A stretch of DNA of 64,000 nt, taken from NCBI GenBank assembly GCA_021810505.1, contig JAJZIR010000011.1, forward strand, positions 30,450 through 94,449. The letters run 5' to 3'. This DNA comes from a bacterium. Lineage in GTDB: Bacteria; Deinococcota; Deinococci; Deinococcales; Deinococcaceae. A model generated the notes under the pieces. It had not been told where the DNA came from. It saw nothing but the letters and a program-made list of their open reading frames with translations, and searched no databases. The position numbers were made by a program, and so were the translations under genes. This document shows, piece by piece, positions 61,258 through 64,000 of the stretch. Numbering within the stretch: the first letter of the stretch is position 1; the number at the start of each line of letters is the position of its first letter.

Positions 61258-61281
61258 GCCCGGTCCCCTAGGGGACCGGGC
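61258..61281. terminator. Palindrome GCCCGGTCCCC-ta-GGGGACCGGGC between amylase gene and tRNA-Leu (bidirectional)
   Basis: 11-bp perfect stem, 9 nt after amylase stop and 4 nt after tRNA 3' end. Confidence 0.5.
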
Positions 61282-61284
61282 CAT

Positions 61285-61371
61285 TGGTGCTGGAGATGGG
61301 ATTTGAACCCACACACCCTTGCGGGCGCTAGCCCCTCAAGCTAGTGCGTCTACCAATTCCGCCACCCCAGC
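61285..61371 (-). tRNA. tRNA-Leu (anticodon GAG), encoded CCA, long variable arm
   Basis: Manual fold: acceptor GCUGGGG/CUCCAGC, D-arm GCGGAAUUGGUAGACGC, anticodon loop UUGAGGG, long V-arm, T-arm GGGUUCAAAUCCC. Confidence 0.85.
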
Positions 61372-61494
61372 GGGGCGCAACGATCATAAGATTGCGCCGC
61401 GGCCCTGTCAAGTCGGCGCCGTGCTAGACTAATGCGCCGCCGTTCGGGTCTAGGCTCGGGCGCGCGGGACTCCATCCAGAGCACTGGAGACCAC

Positions 61495-61776
<282 letters not shown>

Positions 61777-61819
61777 CCTCCGGAGATAGGGACCGGCTTC
61801 TAGCACACAGCCGAAAGTG

Positions 61820-61860
61820 GCAGCGGCGCATAGAGTACTCTATGCGCCGCTGCTTTCTGT
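61820..61860 (+). terminator. rpsO intrinsic terminator: 34-nt perfect palindrome GCAGCGGCGCATAGAGTACTCTATGCGCCGCTGC + TTTCTGT
   Basis: Perfect dyad followed by T-rich run; descending arm contains the ATG (61842) of the next ORF. Confidence 0.6.
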
Positions 61861-62258
61861 CCGCTGCGATCGGCCTGCTGCTCGCGCCGTGGGCCCTCGC
61901 CGGGGCGGCCCCCCTAGGGGCCGCCGATCAGGTCATCGCCGATCAGCTCACCGCCCTGGCCGGGGGTCACGCGCGCCTGGCCTTCTCCTACGCCGCGCCC
62001 GAATTGCGGGCCCAGTTCAAGACGGCCGCCAACTTCTTCCGGATGGTCGAGAAGGACTACCCGGCCGTGATCGCCCCGCTCAGTTACTCCTTCGGGTCTC
62101 CCCGGTCGGGGACCAAGGGTACCGTGCAGCCGGTCGATCTGCTGAGCCGCGCCGGACAGCTCTACCGCGCGCTGTACCTGATGCAGCGCCAGCCAGACGG
62201 TAGCTGGCGGATCGGCGGAGTCGCACTGCGCCGGGTCGACTTGGGGCCTACCGTTTAG
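61842..62258 (+). CDS. Secreted hypothetical protein (DUF4864-like)
   Basis: Signal peptide [22 protein letters not shown]; 138 aa; start codon embedded in rpsO terminator stem. Confidence 0.45.
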   Translation: MRRCFLSAAIGLLLAPWALAGAAPLGAADQVIADQLTALAGGHARLAFSYAAPELRAQFKTAANFFRMVEKDYPAVIAPLSYSFGSPRSGTKGTVQPVDLLSRAGQLYRALYLMQRQPDGSWRIGGVALRRVDLGPTV

Positions 62259-63667
62259 CCCGAAACCTGCTCGGGGTCCGGTAGCCGGGGAGCTGCGAAG
62301 CGCCCGGGCAGCCAGGAGGCCAGCTCGGAGAGCGGGATCCGGACCTGCTCCATGGTGTCCCGGTCGCGCACTGTGACGGTGTCCTTGAGCTCCGGCTGAT
62401 CGCCGATACCCAGGGTGTCGAAGTCGATGGTGACGCAATAGGGGGTACCGATCTCGTCGTGCCTGCGGTAGGCCTTGCCGATGTTACCGCCGTCCTCCAG
62501 CTGGACCCGTCCGAGCCCCAGGGCCCTCAGGTCCGCGCAGACCGCCCTGGCCCGGTCCACCAATTCGGGGCGGTTCCTGGCCAGAGGGATCACCGCCAGC
62601 TTGATCGGGGCCAGGTGTGGGCGCAGGCGCAGCACGGTGCGTTGCTGACCGCCAGGGAGCTGCTCTTGGGCGTACGCTTCGGTGAGCAACGCCAGCACGC
62701 CGCGGTCTACCCCAGCTGAGGGCTCGATGACGAAGGGGACAGCCCACTGCCCGCTGGCTAGGTCTTGCACCGCCAGCCTGGCGGTGCTGTCCTCGTTGGG
62801 GAGAACCCGAGCAGTCAGGCTCAGCTCGGCCTGGAAGCGGCTGTGGGAACCCAGATCGAAGTCCGTGCGGTTGGCGATCCCCTCCAGCTCCTCTAAGCCG
62901 TGAGGGAAGCGGTAGAGCAAGTCGACTGTGGCTTTGCTGTAGTGGGCCAGGTCGGCAGTGGACTGCGGCTGCGCCACCAAGTTGTCAGCAGCCAGGCCCT
63001 GCGCCTGCCACCAACGCAGGCGCTCCCCCACCCAGCGGCGGTGCCAAACCTCGTCCTCGCCGGGGAGTACGAAGAACTCGATCTCCATCTGCTCGAGCTC
63101 TCTGACCCGAAAGATGAAGTTCCTGGGGGTGATCTCGTTGCGGAAGGCCTTACCGATCTGGGCAATCCCGAAGGGGAGTCGCCTAGAAGTGGCGTCTAGA
63201 ACGTTCTTGAAGTTGATGAAGATACCCTGAGCGGTTTCCGGGCGCAGATACGCGAAGCTCTCCTCGTCGGCGACCGGTCCCACCGTAGTCTTGAACATCA
63301 GATTGAATGGGCGGGGTTCCGTGAGGTCTGAGGACCCACAGCGGGGGCAGCGTCCAGCGATGTGGTCGGCGCGCCAACGGCTCTTGCAGTTGCGACAGTC
63401 TACCATCGGGTCGCTGAAAGTGCTCTCGTGGCCGGAGTGGCGCAGCACCAAGCGGTGGGTCAAGATAGCCGCGTCCAGACCCTCGATGTCGTCCCGTTCG
63501 TAGACGTTGCTCCGCCACCAGGCAGCCTTCAGGTTGTTCTTGAGCTCCACGCCCAGCGGCCCATAGTCATAGGTACCCTGCAGCCCACCGTACAGCTCGC
63601 TGCCAGGAAAGATGAAACCCCGACGCTTGCAGAGCGAGACTAACTCCTCCATGCTCCTCGCAGCCAT
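62255..63667 (-). CDS. glyQS: Glycine--tRNA ligase (dimeric class II GlyRS)
   Basis: Class II motifs, zinc-ribbon-like insertion CRNCKSRW...CPRCG, anticodon-binding C-terminus. Confidence 0.9.
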   Translation of the reverse strand: MAARSMEELVSLCKRRGFIFPGSELYGGLQGTYDYGPLGVELKNNLKAAWWRSNVYERDDIEGLDAAILTHRLVLRHSGHESTFSDPMVDCRNCKSRWRADHIAGRCPRCGSSDLTEPRPFNLMFKTTVGPVADEESFAYLRPETAQGIFINFKNVLDATSRRLPFGIAQIGKAFRNEITPRNFIFRVRELEQMEIEFFVLPGEDEVWHRRWVGERLRWWQAQGLAADNLVAQPQSTADLAHYSKATVDLLYRFPHGLEELEGIANRTDFDLGSHSRFQAELSLTARVLPNEDSTARLAVQDLASGQWAVPFVIEPSAGVDRGVLALLTEAYAQEQLPGGQQRTVLRLRPHLAPIKLAVIPLARNRPELVDRARAVCADLRALGLGRVQLEDGGNIGKAYRRHDEIGTPYCVTIDFDTLGIGDQPELKDTVTVRDRDTMEQVRIPLSELASWLPGRFAAPRLPDPEQVSG

Positions 63668-63853
63668 GACACCTCCGGTCCCTTGCGGGAACGCTAGGCC
63701 AGTGTACGCGCTGGCGCGGGACCGGCCAAGGGCAGTCGGCGCCGCTTCAAGGTCGGCTACCGGAAGCTAGAATGCGCCCGTGACCAGCGCAGCTTTAGGC
63801 CAGGACACCCCTGCCGGCGGGTCCCCGCGAGCCGCCTTGGCGGTGGATATCCT

Positions 63854-64000
63854 TTGAACGCTCACCTGCTCACCCCCCAACAGCGCTGTGACCTGGAATT
63901 GCTTCTCTGCGAGGGCTTCCGGCCCCTGACCGGGTTCATGGGAGCGGAGGACTACCGTTCCACCTTGCAGCAGGGGCGGCTGCGCGGCGGCCAGCTCTGG
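63854..64000 (+). CDS. sat: Sulfate adenylyltransferase (ATP sulfurylase) N-terminal fragment, 3' end beyond window; TTG start
   Basis: LNAHLLTPQQRCDLELLLCEGFRPLTGFMGAEDYRS matches the PUA-like N-terminus of Sat (ELE...G.FSPLTGFM..DY); in-frame stop immediately upstream of TTG. Confidence 0.5.
   Translation, partial: MNAHLLTPQQRCDLELLLCEGFRPLTGFMGAEDYRSTLQQGRLRGGQLW

Overview
This 64 kb window has very high GC content (roughly two thirds) and is a gene-dense segment of a bacterial chromosome.

I could support about 60 protein genes, one tRNA (tRNA-Leu, anticodon GAG) and one 44-codon ribosomal protein gene (rpmH) that the ORF track misses. I found no rRNA, CRISPR array, transposase, integrase or prophage genes.

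Content, in order:
- A surface or secreted block at the 5' edge (Ser/Gly-rich repeat protein plus a secreted hypothetical), then a Band-7 membrane protein and the biotin pair birA-bioY.
- A long co-directional minus-strand housekeeping array: rnj, tyrS, yidC, yidD, rnpA/rpmH, gmk, tkt.
- ruvA, lepB and an rny-ddl pair.
- Two tandem MarR + MFS efflux modules.
- An envelope cluster: two paralogous small membrane proteins and an O-antigen-ligase-like protein with a C-terminal TPR region.
- argF-argC-argJ, an MscS channel and groES-groEL.
- An ABC exporter pair, a GNAT acetyltransferase, a GAF-GGDEF cyclase and an alkyltransferase-like (ATL) protein.
- A peptide/nickel substrate-binding protein, an aquaporin-family channel and a Ser/Thr-rich lipoprotein.
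- A signalling block: CHASE3 hybrid histidine kinase, REC-HD-GYP response regulator, WYL-domain regulator, AEC transporter and a CbiX cobaltochelatase fused to a DR2241-type Fe-S domain.
- A second DinB-family gene, a membrane HAMP-HD-GYP-NUDIX fusion protein, an MFS transporter and an isoaspartyl peptidase.
- A LivKHMGF-type ABC operon, a secreted GH13 amylase, rpsO, glyQS and the start of sat.

Several traits suggest a Deinococcus-like (Deinococcota) genome:
- A GroEL sequence close to what I recall of Deinococcus GroEL.
- A DR2241-type CbiX fusion.
- Several DinB/YfiT-family paralogs and an ATL protein.
- ruvA standing alone.
- Leaderless-style -10 spacing at several starts.
- A Thermus-like nesting of rpmH inside the rnpA reading frame.

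The most unusual items:
- The rnpA/rpmH gene-within-gene arrangement, coupled to gmk by a GTGA overlap.
- A membrane HAMP-HD-GYP-NUDIX fusion beside a c-di-GMP signalling block.
- A WYL regulator wedged between that block and an AEC transporter / CbiX-DR2241 pair.
- Two long noncoding regions with RNA-like structure: one upstream of groES, and one at 38683-39308 with a cobalamin-riboswitch-like core.

My coordinates may be off by 1-2 nt, because my hand counting disagreed with the ORF track by one base in one stretch; I followed the track.
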